The position numbers were made by a program, and so were the translations under genes. Shown here piece by piece: positions 35,781 to 48,574 of a stretch of DNA of 64,000 nt (its first letter is position 1; every line of letters starts with the position of its first letter). Below the pieces are notes generated by a model. The model worked only from the letters and a program-made list of their open reading frames with translations, was not told the origin of the DNA and ran no database searches. Source of the stretch: Perkinsus olseni (taxonomy: Eukaryota); NCBI GenBank assembly GCA_013115125.1, contig JABANN010000044.1, positions 1 to 64,000 of the forward strand, written 5' to 3'.

Positions 35781-37211
35781 TCACTTAGAAACGTTATCGC
35801 AACTCTGCTGTCTCGAAGCTCTGATGCCCCTGAGGAACCCTCTAGTCTCTTTATAGGCTCGTGTCCCAAGAAGAATACAAGAGAGCCCAAGGGCAACAGG
35901 CAGCAATATGAAGACCCCATCCCAACTGTAGGTAGCTATCCATGATACTAGGCCTTGCTGTATGGCAGCGCCGCATGCACCCGTACCGTCGATGATACCT
36001 GTCACTTGACTTACTGCCTTGCGGTTGCCCTTGAGGGCATCTTGTCGGCTAAGGTCTGTGCATATGACACAACCAACCAGATTGGAAGCACCACCAATCA
36101 GAAAGCCAGCCAAAAGGAGCATCACGCTCAAGTAAGCTACGGTGGGGTCGTCCACGTGCAGCAAGGACACGGGAATCAAAGAGAGGAAAATAAACAGGAA
36201 GAGCGATGGCGACCTTCCCGATTCCTGAACCCGAGCCATGTAATCGGATACCCATCCGCAGACTATACACCCAAACACCGTGCCGATGTTATAGAGCATA
36301 TCAAACAGGTTGGCCTTTTCGGGTGAGATGTCGGCATGCTCATTCAGGTAGAGTGGGAGCCAGAAGAACATGGCGTAGTTGACACCCTTCACACATGCAT
36401 AGGTCAGGGCGAATATTAATACGCCTGGGATGAGCCATGCCCGCCAGAACTTAATTGGCTTCTCGTCGTCCTCATTTTGCATAGCAGCACCATCAGCATC
36501 GACGTGGCTCTCATCGCTGTCGCTGCTAGGAACAGTCTGACGCATTGCTGAACCAGTATTGGAAAGAGCAAGCTCTAGGCTTGCTGGGAGAAGGAGGAAA
36601 GTCAACAACGTCACAATAACCACGATCAGAGCCGGAGAAATGAAAGTGGCAGCAATAACAATCTTGCCGGTTTCACCGAAAATAACAATCATAAGAGAAG
36701 CTAAACTCGAGCCGACGATGTTCCCAACGGCCGAGTTGGTAGCCCAAAAACCGAATACCAATCCAGAGTGCAAATGACTAAAGTAATCTCCCATTACCTT
36801 AACCAGCACTGGCCAAATGGCAGACTGAGCGGCACCGTTAAGGCCGTTAAGGACGTAATACAAATAATGGAAACCCTTAGAGGTATAAGACACGATAAGG
36901 AGCCCACAAAGACATTGGACGGCCGCAGCCAGAACGACGAAGAGCAGAACAACCAGCATTGGGTTGAAGATATCTCCGAGAATACCAGTGAATAACATGG
37001 CAATAGCATAGGAGATCATAAAAACAACATCCATCGCGCCAAAGAACGCCGTAGGGTATCCAAACTCCTCGGCCTTAAGCAACGGGGCGGCGCTGGAAAT
37101 GGACTTGCGCATTGCATGGACCATCACATAGACCAGAAAGGTGAGAGTGAACGCCAAGACCTGGTAGAACAAGGCTGGCTTTGGCACGATCCGTGAGAAG
37201 TTGATGAACAT
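35781..37211 (-). CDS. SLC37/GlpT-family MFS transporter, copy 3
   Basis: Same motifs as copy 1; intact ORF. Confidence 0.92.
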   Translation of the reverse strand: MFINFSRIVPKPALFYQVLAFTLTFLVYVMVHAMRKSISSAAPLLKAEEFGYPTAFFGAMDVVFMISYAIAMLFTGILGDIFNPMLVVLLFVVLAAAVQCLCGLLIVSYTSKGFHYLYYVLNGLNGAAQSAIWPVLVKVMGDYFSHLHSGLVFGFWATNSAVGNIVGSSLASLMIVIFGETGKIVIAATFISPALIVVIVTLLTFLLLPASLELALSNTGSAMRQTVPSSDSDESHVDADGAAMQNEDDEKPIKFWRAWLIPGVLIFALTYACVKGVNYAMFFWLPLYLNEHADISPEKANLFDMLYNIGTVFGCIVCGWVSDYMARVQESGRSPSLFLFIFLSLIPVSLLHVDDPTVAYLSVMLLLAGFLIGGASNLVGCVICTDLSRQDALKGNRKAVSQVTGIIDGTGACGAAIQQGLVSWIATYSWDGVFILLPVALGLSCILLGTRAYKETRGFLRGIRASRQQSCDNVSK

Positions 37212-37699
37212 AATGATGCTTCCAGCGGGATGAACAGGGGCTCGTGTGCTTGACGGGAATATGCGCAGGTTGGGAAGCTAGACGAGAGCTAAGTTGAGTC
37301 GAGTCACACAAATACGCTAGCTAGTGGTCACCTCTCTGTCTCTCTTGATGCTCAACTGTACATCGCAAAACACCACTTATGTACACTTATATGTCGCCAA
37401 GCAATGTTACTCCTGTTCTGTCTGTAGTCCGCGACGCCTCGGGCTTTCCAGTAGTGACCGAACTGTTGTGTACAGGGGGACAGCTACAACGAGGATGCAG
37501 CGGCATGGAGGTTATGAGTGTTGGCATTCAACATTATCAAGATACAATCGGTTCTGATGTGACTATTGGTAATAGCGTGGCTTGCGACAGAGAAGCTGAT
37601 CGCCCCGCATAGCTTCGCTCCGTCTTCCCGAACTCGACATCACTGCAATTCAACCGTAGGACACCTCACATGAACACTGTGGGGCTAGCCAGGGCCAAT

Positions 37700-39852
37700 C
37701 GTTCTGAGAATCTTCCAGAGGTAGTTCTCATTATCAACATGCGGGTTATAACACCAAGTCTCGGTGGGAACAGCATAACGCAGCATGGCTCCAATACCAA
37801 TGAGCATAAAGGTCAAGATACTCATTAACAGACAGAAGAGGTAGATGTACCTACCATAGCAAAGTGGTCGCCCCCAAAGCAGCTCAATATACCTGTTGAT
37901 GTAGCTGCCAATCTGTGAGCACTCGGGCTCATCGAAGAAGAGTGTAGGGTCGTTACTCGAACCCCAAGCGCAGAACTGTTTGGTCGCGTAACCGAAGGAC
38001 GCATTAGTTCGGAAGGCCTCGTAAGGGTCGTCGGGATTCTTGGCTTTCCTGAACGTGCAGAGGTAGCAGCGACCTCGGCAGCTGCGAGGCTACACTAGAA
38101 GGCTCAATGGCTGTTGGCCTCGGTAATTGGACGGTATACACGACTCCACTGTGGTAGTGGCTATGTCATCATCGCAGGGAAGCACCGACACCGCACTGCC
38201 TTGGATCTGGGGAAAAGTTGGTACTAGCTTCAACTTGAAAATACACGAAGACACCTTGGGCACGTTCAATCTGTCAATACGATTGTTGATTCTCTTCAAC
38301 GCAGCTTCGTTGGTCGTAGACTCTCCCACATACAAGCAACGACAGTAGACATCCTAAATGAGCCACAACCTCGACAGCTGAGCTAAGGGGAGGGAAAGCT
38401 GTGAATCACGGAGGCTTGTAGCTTGACAGCAGTACCCGAAACATCTTCTGGCCGGGTATATCAATACCGTAATACGGGCAAGTCTGCTCGAACTGGGAGC
38501 TTGCCTTGTACAGAAAGTTCACATTCGAAGAGTCGTATACAACCCTAATCCGGTTCACGTCGGTGTCCTGCAGGGCCAGGTTGCACAACTGCCGCTGCTG
38601 GTCACTACCATGCAGTCGTGATGGAGCACCCAACAACGTTGGCATCGGGTCGGATAGACGACCCTCACGTCGAAGCGACCACTGAACATGGACTTGTACG
38701 CAGGAGAGTTGCACTCTCGTAGATGGGCCTCCATGTCAGCTTGATGGGGTAGACCGGGGCCTTGACAGTGCTCGCTAAAGTAGTATCTACTCAGGCTCGG
38801 AGTGATGGCGGCTGATCGGCGTGTCGACCTATCTGCAGTTCATGAGCTGGTTGTAGACACAATCGTCTTGGAAGTTGATACAGTTGTGCGTCCGAGCAGT
38901 CACCCCGAAGCACTCTCGGGCCGGCGCCATCTGTTGATCGATCGGCCTAGGTCACCCACAGCAGCAACAGCCCTACTCTGATAAGGAGGCCGACTACTAA
39001 GGAGCCAGCTACGACTAGGACGAAGCGAGCTATCCAAGGGCCATGCTTGCACAGGCCCCCCAAGAAGCCAACCTGTGGCGGCGGCGGGGGCGAACGGTCA
39101 TCAGCCCAGCAGCCTACTCGCCATGTCATCTGGTCAAGGTCAAGCTCAGCGACAGGCAAGTTAGAGAAGAACTTGAAGCCGAAGCTCATGAGGAAGCAGA
39201 CGACAAGGAGCAGACCATAGAAGGCGGCCACCACGAACATGTAGACTTCCAACGATCGGATCTGGGCAATGGTGATGGTCGGAACAAGGAGGAGCGCTAC
39301 AGCCGCTACTGTCGACATGCTGCAGGAGGTATCGAGGACTGTGGACACACCGCCGAAGCCGGTCTTCTCGCACTGCCAGGTCTTCCGGAAATATCTGGCG
39401 AAGGTCCAAAACGATTGGGCATCCTGAGGACACAGGGTGATGGTGACACGGGTGGTGACACTCACGACGAATGGTGGGTCCCTCGTGTAGAACTTGAGGG
39501 CCTCTCCATCTACTATGGTGTTGGAGGACTGCACACACTCATCAAGCATGTTGTCGGGGCCAAAACCAGTATGCATACGGAAAGGGAAGTAAATGAATAG
39601 GAATAGCCCTAGAAGGACATGGTGGCGAGAGGGCCGGCAGGCTGCGCTACCGATGATTGAGACGTTCATCTTGAGCTTAAAAAATGAGGCCAGACGGTAG
39701 CTGGACCTCCGCCGTTTGAAGTGCTCAGCCTGGTTCTCGACGAAGCCAGTGCAAAGGCTGATGATGGTGCCTGGCAGGTGGGCCTCGGTTGCAGGGCAGT
39801 GAGGCGATATACCTATCACAGGCAGTCGTGTCAATGGACTATCCTTCCCCAT
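37700..39852 (-). CDS. Hypothetical multi-TM protein with a Cys-rich, multi-exon C-terminal region (3' end approximate)
   Basis: 301-aa first exon with several TM helices; downstream Cys-rich exon segments bounded by GT-AG and a further hydrophobic segment near 37800-37850. Confidence 0.55.
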
Positions 39853-40227
39853 TGGTGAGTGATACTAGAAAGAACAAAGCTCTGCTGCAGGATAGCCATC
39901 ACCATCGCACCTGATTATCCAACAGTAATCAACCTAAGATACTACAACTAATGACAACACAAATCATGCGCCACCGGTATCCGGCGACCGGGCACAGACT
40001 CGACCCTGTAAGCAGCAGCCATCGGACACCTCTACTGTCATCTCATCGTATTACGGCGATGCTCTCGGAAGACTATTGGGTAATTGTGAGGACTTCGGGA
40101 CGATAGCATGCCTTATACCGCCGCCTTCACCATCACCACCCGTCCGGACTAACCAACACAACACTACTACTGGTAGGACGTACAAATGATAATAATAGTG
40201 CTGCTCAAGGCTGCTGTTGCTGCCGCC

Positions 40228-43200
40228 CTACTGCTGTTGTTGGCGCTGATGCTGTTGGGCATAGTAAGCTGAGCACTTAGCAGCATATTCAGCCATCTGC
40301 TTCTGATAGGTGGCCAGCGCTGCTGCGTACTCCTCCAACGAGGACGTCGCCTTCACAGCCTGACCAGCGTACGGAGGGCCGCCACCACCAGCATGAGTAG
40401 TAGGCCCCGGCTGAGCACTCGACGCTGGTATCGCCTGCTGCTGCTGCTGCTGCTGCTGCTGTTGACCATATATGCCAGCATAAGGCATAGACCCGCTACT
40501 GCTGCTGCTGGCACCACCATAGACCCCCAGACCTCCCGACGCCTGCTGTTGTTTCGGCGCTTGCTGCTGCTGCTGCTGGGCCGGGTAGTTTATTCCGTAC
40601 TGCTGTTGTTGGCCGGGAGTGGGGTACTGGGCTGCGCTAAGAGGAGTAGTGGCAGAAGGCTGTTGAGGGTAAGGTGTGGGGGCCATGGCGGCATGCCTTC
40701 CGAAGGTAGGGACCGCAGCAGTAGTGGCGGCGGCGGCGGCGGTGGGCTGTTGTTTCACAGCCTGCTGGCCGTAGTAGCTCGCTGCCGCCGACATCTGTGC
40801 TGCCCTAGAGGCCATGTCCATCATACCAGTATTAGCAGGCCGTGATGACTGAGCGTAGGGTTGGGTTGGTAGGGGGCTCCGCGACTGGTAGGCCGCTGCT
40901 GCTGGTGTGCTCATCATGGTAGGGCCTGCGTGCTGCTGCTGTTGTTGTTGCCATTGAGGGACGGCTGCTGGGGACCTGACACGCCACTGGTGACCAAGTC
41001 GAACACGGTGGCTGAAGGGACGCTGAGGTCGGCAGGAGCCCTCCTCACCCGTACGACCCGAAGCCTGGTCTAGGCATGGGCATCCCCAAGGGCTGAGCGG
41101 CAGTAGGGGGCTGGGCTGTCGGCTGCTGCTGCTGCATTGGAGGCCTGAAGGGAGCGATAGTTAAGCGATGACCGCGGCACTCCTCTCCCTCTCACCGTTG
41201 CTGCTGCTGCTGGCCATACGACTGCCGCTGCTGATAGGGAGAAGGTAATGGACTAGGGTACGGCCTGGGAGCGAAAAATGCATAACCCATCCGACGGAGC
41301 GATGCACCACCTCAATGGTTGCTGCTGCTGCTGTTGCAGTGGTTCACGCCTCGGCGTCGAACCCCCTCCAGGCATCGGCGGCCGCTGCTGGTGATACGGC
41401 GGTGCAGCGACCCTGACGGCCACCACACCGTCACCGACCCTCCGATCACCTATCTCACCTCTGCCGTTTATCCGGCATGCCACCACCATCACTCTGGCCC
41501 AGCTGCCTCTTCTCACTGTAACTGCCATTAGCACCCCATCAGTCCTCCACCCCTACCACTCCTGCCCACCTCGCCGCCACTGCCGACGTCCTAACCGGCG
41601 CCGCCTTGATCCGGGCCTCTCTCTCACGCTCCATCTTCTCCTTCTGTTCCTTCGCCAACTTCTCCCTCATCTCTCTGTCCTTCTCGAGCTGCTCTCTCAT
41701 CTTGGCCTCCCTCTCCTCCCGCTCCTTGGCCAACCTATCCGCCACCTCCCTGTCTCGCTTCGCCTGCTCCTTCGCTTCGATCTCCGACCACACCTTTTGA
41801 CAGGAGTCGTTCTTAGCATCCTGACACGAGGAGGAACCCTTAACCACAATTTCGCGGCGCGCGAGAATTACCATTGCAGAAACATGCCAGCCTCCTACAA
41901 ACTCCTCCTTGTTTTCCTCTGCCCAACCAGGCACCTTCGCAGTGTATTGATACTCAGTCCGCTGCTCACCACCATCATCAGCCTACAGCGAGTGTGGCTG
42001 TACTGTGGGTAATGACCAGCCGGCTTGTACTACCTCCCGCTTCGCCTTTTTGAACTGGATGACATCTTCTCCCTCACCTCCCTCCGGGAGCATCTCCTTC
42101 AGCCTAGCTGTAGTGGCAGGTATTATGGAGTTACCATAACTACTACCTGCAGCAACCACAAGAATAATAAGAATATGATATGGAAGAACAAGAAAGACCA
42201 ACAATGATAATGATGAGAAAGTGATATACTTGAGATCATAATGGTTATGATAAATGCCAAGAATCATACCAAATTTCCGCTGCATTATACCCTACACTAC
42301 GTCGTACTATGTACTACAACTCAGGGAGGGTAAAGTCATCACAAGTAACACAGTGAAAGTAGTACCACTGAGTGGTGGCCTCTGCGGCAACTACAGCAGG
42401 CCGGTAGGCGTCCGCAAAGTTCACTGTAGATTCAGGATAATAGTCGACAAGACCTCATCAAGCTTGCCCTACTATTCACTGCAGTTGAGAATTTCCGTCC
42501 CTCGGTCCCGCCGGAGGCATCAACCCGACAGTAGCTACAGAGCAGGACCACGGCTATCGGTGGTGAAGCTCTCTATTATCAGAGTCAACGCGAGCTCAGC
42601 GTCTGAAAATTCTGCGTGAAGGCATTTTCCCTGTCTCTTTTCATCAGCATCGCAGCTGCTTCTACTGAGCCGGTTTTCGCTTTCGGTAGACCACGGGCCG
42701 TCGTAATTCCGATAAGTGCTAAGACGGGCTTAGCAGCAGCAGCAGCAGCACACACCCGTGGGGTCGCGGGTGTGGCGAATGTTCCCTGGGCTGTCCTTGG
42801 GCTGCTGCTCTCGGGCCTACCTTTCCTCTCTTGCCCACAAATCCCCTCTACAAACTAAACCGAGCGCAGGAGCCACTTCATGATGACGAGGGATGACGAG
42901 AAGGAGGCGCTGATGATGCCGATGAGGGTGTGGCTGGGAAGGAGGAAAAGAAAAAACAGGAGGCGGAGCGAAGCATCATCCGGATTACTATCCATAACAC
43001 TAGAATCCCCAAGTTAACTCTCTAGCTCTCTTTGACCCTTCGACAGCGGCGAAGCTCCCACGAAGGCTTCGCCGATTCCTATCGGATTGGACGGCTGCTA
43101 CTCTCGCGGAATTTTGAGAATGACCAGGACCCTCAGAAGGCATGCAGGCTGGCATCCTGCACTCTCAATAACGTCCAACAACAACATGCCACAGATTCAT

Positions 43201-44533
43201 TCTTCCGAAGAACCACTACGCCTTCCCAGACGCCCAACGGGAAGGGCGAGAGTCGAACCCACTACTTCATGCCACCAAAGCATTCATACCGATTACTCTA
43301 GACCGTTCAGGCAGCTAGCCCGACTTCACAAGACTCACACCAGTACGCACACTATCACGATCGAGATCAATGGGAAGTGAGTCGAATGCTGTTCACGATA
43401 GTAGTACGTATAGGAGAAAGTGGGGATCCCCAGCCCATGGCTCCCTCCTCAAGTGCCAGATATTACTATGCTTCTCCAATAGATCATCCAGAGGTATTCC
43501 CTTCAGCGTGATGGCTGCATGAGCTGCTGCCTGGACTGCCACTCGCTCGTCCGATTGGTACCCTCCATCGAAGTCCACCCTCCCTCCACCGTTGGGCTGC
43601 TGATACCACCACACACTACAGCGGTAGGGGAGGCCCTGAGGAGGAAGGGGAAGGGCGTATTTTGACACCTCTAGCTATGTCCCTCCTACCTTGCTGGCTG
43701 CCTCTGTCCTATTGGCCGAATGGTTATCATGGACCACTTCTAAATGAATGCCCCGCTGCTCCAAATACCTTATAAAGATGCATCAGATTCTCAGCGGAGC
43801 GAAGCTCTTCTCGCCACTACTCCCCCAACGCCTTTTTAAAGTCCAACGTGTACGGCAGGACAGATGCAGCCCGAAGCTCCTTCCTTTTCGCGTCCGCTTT
43901 CACTGCAGCCCGGCGCCTCTCCTCCTCATCGAAGTGAGCATCACCACCGGACGTGGGCATCCTGTACTGCCCTCCTGGAGGTATCAGCACCGGCTGCGTC
44001 CTGACACGATCACATATCATGTCGCGCGCCACGAAATTACCCCCTACGGCAGGACACTCCGTAGATAGAGGATCCGGCTGCTGCCATTGTCCGTCTCATA
44101 TTCATCGTAGGCGATTGGGCGACGGTGGGGCGCCATGACGGAGAAGGCAGGAGCCCCCGGGTCCGGTGGAAGGTATCTGACACCTCTAGCTGTACTCTAC
44201 CACCATCATCATGATGGCCACCGCCCTACACCTGCTTGTGCAGCTCGCTAGCCGTACCACCCTCGGACCTGAAAACGAGTCCGTTTGGCCTCATGGGGAA
44301 GGCCATCGAGGCGAGTACTTTTCGCCACTTCCGGAAACGCTTCGCTCCGCCTTCACCGACTCAGCCTCCACCATATGAACATCACTATCAACAGGCTTCT
44401 CACCTGCGCAGGTCACAGTGGAGAGCATATCCAAGCTTGACCCATGCAAGATACGGACTAAGTCAGGAGCCTTACCCAGATCAACGCCTGCTTTTCCTGC
44501 TCCCTCTCCGACGCTGCCCGCTGGTTGGTCCAT
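40228..44533 (-). CDS. Multi-exon hypothetical protein(s): two divergent dsRBD-like segments, a charged coiled coil and a Q/A/Y/G-rich tail
   Basis: FKKALGEYLEQRG...YRCSV...GGYQSDERVAVQAAAHAAI; TARLKEML...YTAKVPGW..EFVGGWH..DAKNDSCQKVW; last exon 40228-40917 is poly-Q; a single-gene model is not certain. Confidence 0.45.
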
Positions 44534-44733
44534 CACCGTAAAAAACAGCTGCTTCCAGCTGGCAATCCCTCCCTCGGGCGCGCGCTTATCCCGTCGACAG
44601 ACTCTCATTAAAGGCACTGAACGCGAACCCTTCTCCAAGTAGAGCACACTGAGACCTCCTGAGTTTGAAAGCGCTTCCAACAAAAGTGGTGTATAAATAC
44701 TATAACTACAAAACCTTTCCAGCACTAGAGCCT

Positions 44734-46191
44734 TTACTGAAAAAACAAGGACCCCATGACGGAGCGATGCCTGGCCAAATTAAGGCAGGCCTTCAACGAC
44801 AAGCCCACAGAGGCCATCGCGTTGACGACATTCAAGAGAATTGAAGTGACCAGGACGGCGTTGGACCCCACTGGTTTCCTCAGGAAGGGCCAATCCTCGA
44901 GCTTGAACTCGATGCTCCTGCCATAGAGGGAGTCCTCCTTCAACACGTCCTTCCATACCTGAGGGGCCTGCAGGGCCTCCCTCACAGCAGCTATGGCCGG
45001 GGACAGCGTGCGCTGGTCAGTACTGGTGATTCTGATCTTGTTAGGAGCGTTGAACATAACACTGACCACTGGGTTCTCCGGCTTGTTAACGGAGCCACTG
45101 TCCGTCTTCTCCGGGCGACGCCAATAGATCACCGGCAGCTTTCCTTCAACTACCCCAACTATCTCGAAATTCTGTTGCCACATCACTTGCAGGATGTTCG
45201 ATAACAAGAGCCGAGTGTCCACTCTGGACTTAAAGAAGGCATCAAAGGGAAGGCCCTTGAGGACCCATTCCTCAGCCTCTCCGCACTCCTGTTGCCGAGC
45301 ACACCCCCTCGGCCACCCAGCAGCGATCGCTCCGGAAATGGCAGAGACTAAGAACTGGTCCAACCCCTGGTGAGGGGGGCCAAACAGTCGAACACGATCC
45401 TCCTGATCGAAGCTGAGACCCACGTACTCCGCCCGCTCCCCCTCCTTCTGCGGCATGCTTTGGAAGAACATCTTAGGCTTGAGGCCGCGACTGTCGGCCA
45501 CCCTCATTGTCCCCACCAGTCGATACCCAGACACTTTCTCGAGTGAAACCAGCGTGCCCAGTATAGCCTGGCGAGCCAGCACACCGTCCGAGCCGAAACT
45601 GATCCACGGCACCGTGTCCAGGGAGAGGTCGACGCCATCAGGGGAATCTTCTACTTCATCAACCACCCATGCGGTCTCTAGACCTGTTCGGACTGTCGAG
45701 ACCAGCGCATCGCGGGCCTCGTCGGGCATGCCACTGGTGACCGCAGTGACCCCCGACCACCCCTGCAGGGCCAGACACAAATCAGGGGGAGGGGAAGAGT
45801 CGTTGGGGTCAGCCCGGAGTATCCAAACCCGGAGGAAGCCTAGCTTGCGATGGGAGATATCAACGTCGGTGACGACCTTGAACCCGGACCGTCGAATAGC
45901 ATCCATCAGGCCCAGAGCCAACCTACTGGTCTCGAACCGGTCGGCCTTGAAGTTACACCAAGGAAAGCCTCTTAGCTTGAACTTATGCACGCCAGTGGAG
46001 TCCTTGAGGTTCTCATCCTTCTGAATACCATCACTCCAGCAACTCTCGATCGCCTGCCTGACACCATCCACGAGATGCTGAGGTCCCCGCTGGACGTAGA
46101 TCTTGTCGTGGCCTAATATGGCAAGACTGCAGTAGCCAGCAGAGGTGGGGACGAAGGGGTACGCCTCTTGAAAATCAACTTTAAATACCAT
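44734..46191 (-). CDS. Uncharacterised 4x repeat-domain protein, array copy A
   Basis: Four ~115-aa repeats: L..D.I.L...V...R.AI...W....FKL.G.P(W/F)...R......L...G(F/W)...D.S; intronless; likely start MVFKV. Confidence 0.85.
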   Translation of the reverse strand: MVFKVDFQEAYPFVPTSAGYCSLAILGHDKIYVQRGPQHLVDGVRQAIESCWSDGIQKDENLKDSTGVHKFKLRGFPWCNFKADRFETSRLALGLMDAIRRSGFKVVTDVDISHRKLGFLRVWILRADPNDSSPPPDLCLALQGWSGVTAVTSGMPDEARDALVSTVRTGLETAWVVDEVEDSPDGVDLSLDTVPWISFGSDGVLARQAILGTLVSLEKVSGYRLVGTMRVADSRGLKPKMFFQSMPQKEGERAEYVGLSFDQEDRVRLFGPPHQGLDQFLVSAISGAIAAGWPRGCARQQECGEAEEWVLKGLPFDAFFKSRVDTRLLLSNILQVMWQQNFEIVGVVEGKLPVIYWRRPEKTDSGSVNKPENPVVSVMFNAPNKIRITSTDQRTLSPAIAAVREALQAPQVWKDVLKEDSLYGRSIEFKLEDWPFLRKPVGSNAVLVTSILLNVVNAMASVGLSLKACLNLARHRSVMGSLFFQ

Positions 46192-46814
46192 TAAAAGAGA
46201 AAGGAAAGAAGAGAAGCTGATGATCGGGCTATCCGATAATCCGGGAATTCCGTCAGGCAATGGCGACCAAAAGCCTACGGGTATCAAGGACATCAATCGG
46301 TAGCTCATCGCAATGACGTTACATGAAGACTTTCCTACCTTTTATTAACAAGCAAGGAGCCTTCACTCTCAACATCGATGACGGGTGAATCCACAAGATG
46401 CGGCGAGACGGAACTTAGTTAGCGGCAACTAACTAACGCGATGGAAGGATCGTGGAATAGAATATAATCAGGGCAATATCCCGACCACTGTACGGCGACC
46501 ATCGGAAGGCTTATCGACCACCAGCCCCACTACTACAAACTCCGCCATACTGCTGAGCCACCCGCCCCTAAGGCGCCTCCCTGACTATGGCAGAGCACTA
46601 CAGGGCTGCTAGAAGAAGCATGCAATGCCTACAATACTGCAGCACAAATCGAACTGGTCCTCCCTGCCATACCCCAGTCGCTACCCTTCCAAACTCCAAC
46701 AAAACCCCTCGTATTGAAGACAAAAGCTTTCTGTAAGAAATAAGACCCATCAAAACACCTCTGCTCCCTCAAGCTCACTAAGGAGCGCCATAGAACTAGA
46801 ATACATCATCACCA

Positions 46815-48398
46815 TCACGACTCCTCCCTCCCCTTCCCCCTAGTAAAGTATAGCGTGGAGAGATCTAGCCTGTACCACTCACTGTCAGTGGCAACGCACA
46901 GCCTCGAGAGGTCCAGCGAGGCCCTGAGCTGCCACCCAAGCTCCGCCATGACGTTGACCAGGGTCAGGAGGACGGCCGTGGCATAGACGGTGGTCTTGGG
47001 CCCGGGGGTCCACGTGTGGAAGGGGGACTTCACCAACTTCAACTGCGCACTCCTCCCAAACATGCTCAAGTCCTGCACTGCTTCGACGGGGAATTCTGGC
47101 GGGCACAGCGCCATGCGTATCCTAGGTTGAAGCTCGGCAATTAAGGAATCGTCCGTCGAGGATATCCTGACCTCATCAATGTCATAAAATGAAACGCAAA
47201 CGATCGGCTCCTCCAGCACTCGCATCGCTCCGCTAGACTTCCGGAAGACCATAAAGGAGGTCTCAGCCAGCCTACCAGTGTAGTCGATCTTCGGCATGAG
47301 TTCGAATCCCAGCGACCACATTTTTTGCAGTATTTTCCCCATCATTATTCTCACTTCAACCGAATCCTCCCCCTGAACGCCCCATGGAGAGCCGTTCAAC
47401 CTCCACTCGTACGCGTTGTCCTTACCGCCCTCCTGCCTTACCCCATGCAACCAGCTACGGCCAATCACCGCGCTCAGCTCCTGCTGGACGAAGGAATCCA
47501 GGAACTCTCCCGGGGTCGGGAAAATTCTTATAATATCATTATCATCCAAATGCATGCCCACATAGCTGCCCCGGTCCGCTGGGGTCCCCGGCGGTGGTAC
47601 TCGGAACAACAGACTGGACTTGGCGCCGTGGTTCATGGACAACGACAGGGACCTGTCCAACCTGTAGCCAGCCTGGCGTTCAAGCTCCGTCAGAATACCA
47701 AGGAGAATCTGCCGCGCCTCCACCGGTCGATCCCCTCCCGCCGAGAAGGGAGACCCAGCCAGCTGGAACTGATACGCCCCACTATAGTCGGTCTCGCTAG
47801 TGATCTGCCACGAGTTCACTATCCCTTGCCGCACCGCCTCCTGAATGTCGTACTGCCGATTAGCGTCCTGCTCTTCCATCACAATACGGAGATCGTTCTT
47901 ATCATGCAGACCAATGAGGATGTCCCTACGAGGACTACGGGCAGCCATCTGGTCGATCCTTTTGAGTATCCAAGTTTGGACGAAGAACGGCCTTGACATA
48001 TCAATATCATCAACAATACCCCAGCCAGCCTCCCTCAAGGACTCTACTATCTTCATGGCGTACCTCCTCACGTCTACTGTAGCCTTGCCATGGGCCGCCC
48101 AAATCCAACTGCTCAACTCAAACTCATGCAGGCCATCCACTTTACTACATTTCCTATCCCTTTTAATGAGGCCCCTATCAATAGCCTTTCTCACCGCCTC
48201 CAGTACCTCCTCGGGGCACTTGTAGGCGTAGATTCGGCTGTTATGGGCGAGGACCAGGGCCGAGAATCCCTGGGAGGTGGGAGTGTTGGGCTGGGGGTCA
48301 TGGAAGCCTTTGACCCCACCGAAACCAATACGCAGCTGATTCAACTGACGGGTGTCGATGCCGAAGATCGACACGCCAACGGGAGAGCTGTTACCCAT
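46815..48398 (-). CDS. Uncharacterised 4x repeat-domain protein, copy B (MGNSS start, N-myristoylation-like)
   Basis: Paralogous repeats; intronless. Confidence 0.85.
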   Translation of the reverse strand: MGNSSPVGVSIFGIDTRQLNQLRIGFGGVKGFHDPQPNTPTSQGFSALVLAHNSRIYAYKCPEEVLEAVRKAIDRGLIKRDRKCSKVDGLHEFELSSWIWAAHGKATVDVRRYAMKIVESLREAGWGIVDDIDMSRPFFVQTWILKRIDQMAARSPRRDILIGLHDKNDLRIVMEEQDANRQYDIQEAVRQGIVNSWQITSETDYSGAYQFQLAGSPFSAGGDRPVEARQILLGILTELERQAGYRLDRSLSLSMNHGAKSSLLFRVPPPGTPADRGSYVGMHLDDNDIIRIFPTPGEFLDSFVQQELSAVIGRSWLHGVRQEGGKDNAYEWRLNGSPWGVQGEDSVEVRIMMGKILQKMWSLGFELMPKIDYTGRLAETSFMVFRKSSGAMRVLEEPIVCVSFYDIDEVRISSTDDSLIAELQPRIRMALCPPEFPVEAVQDLSMFGRSAQLKLVKSPFHTWTPGPKTTVYATAVLLTLVNVMAELGWQLRASLDLSRLCVATDSEWYRLDLSTLYFTRGKGREES

Positions 48399-48574
48399 TA
48401 CGAAATGGTGTAATATCCTGAAACTTGTAATGTGCATGCTTCAACCTCCGATTCGCCCAAAATAACGAAATTCGCTTCAAGTGACAGTACAAAATTGAAC
48501 ACCCAATCATGCACTACCTCACGGAATGAGCGGAGCGTAGCGGAGGTAGATTTTGTTTTGAACCAGAGTCGACC

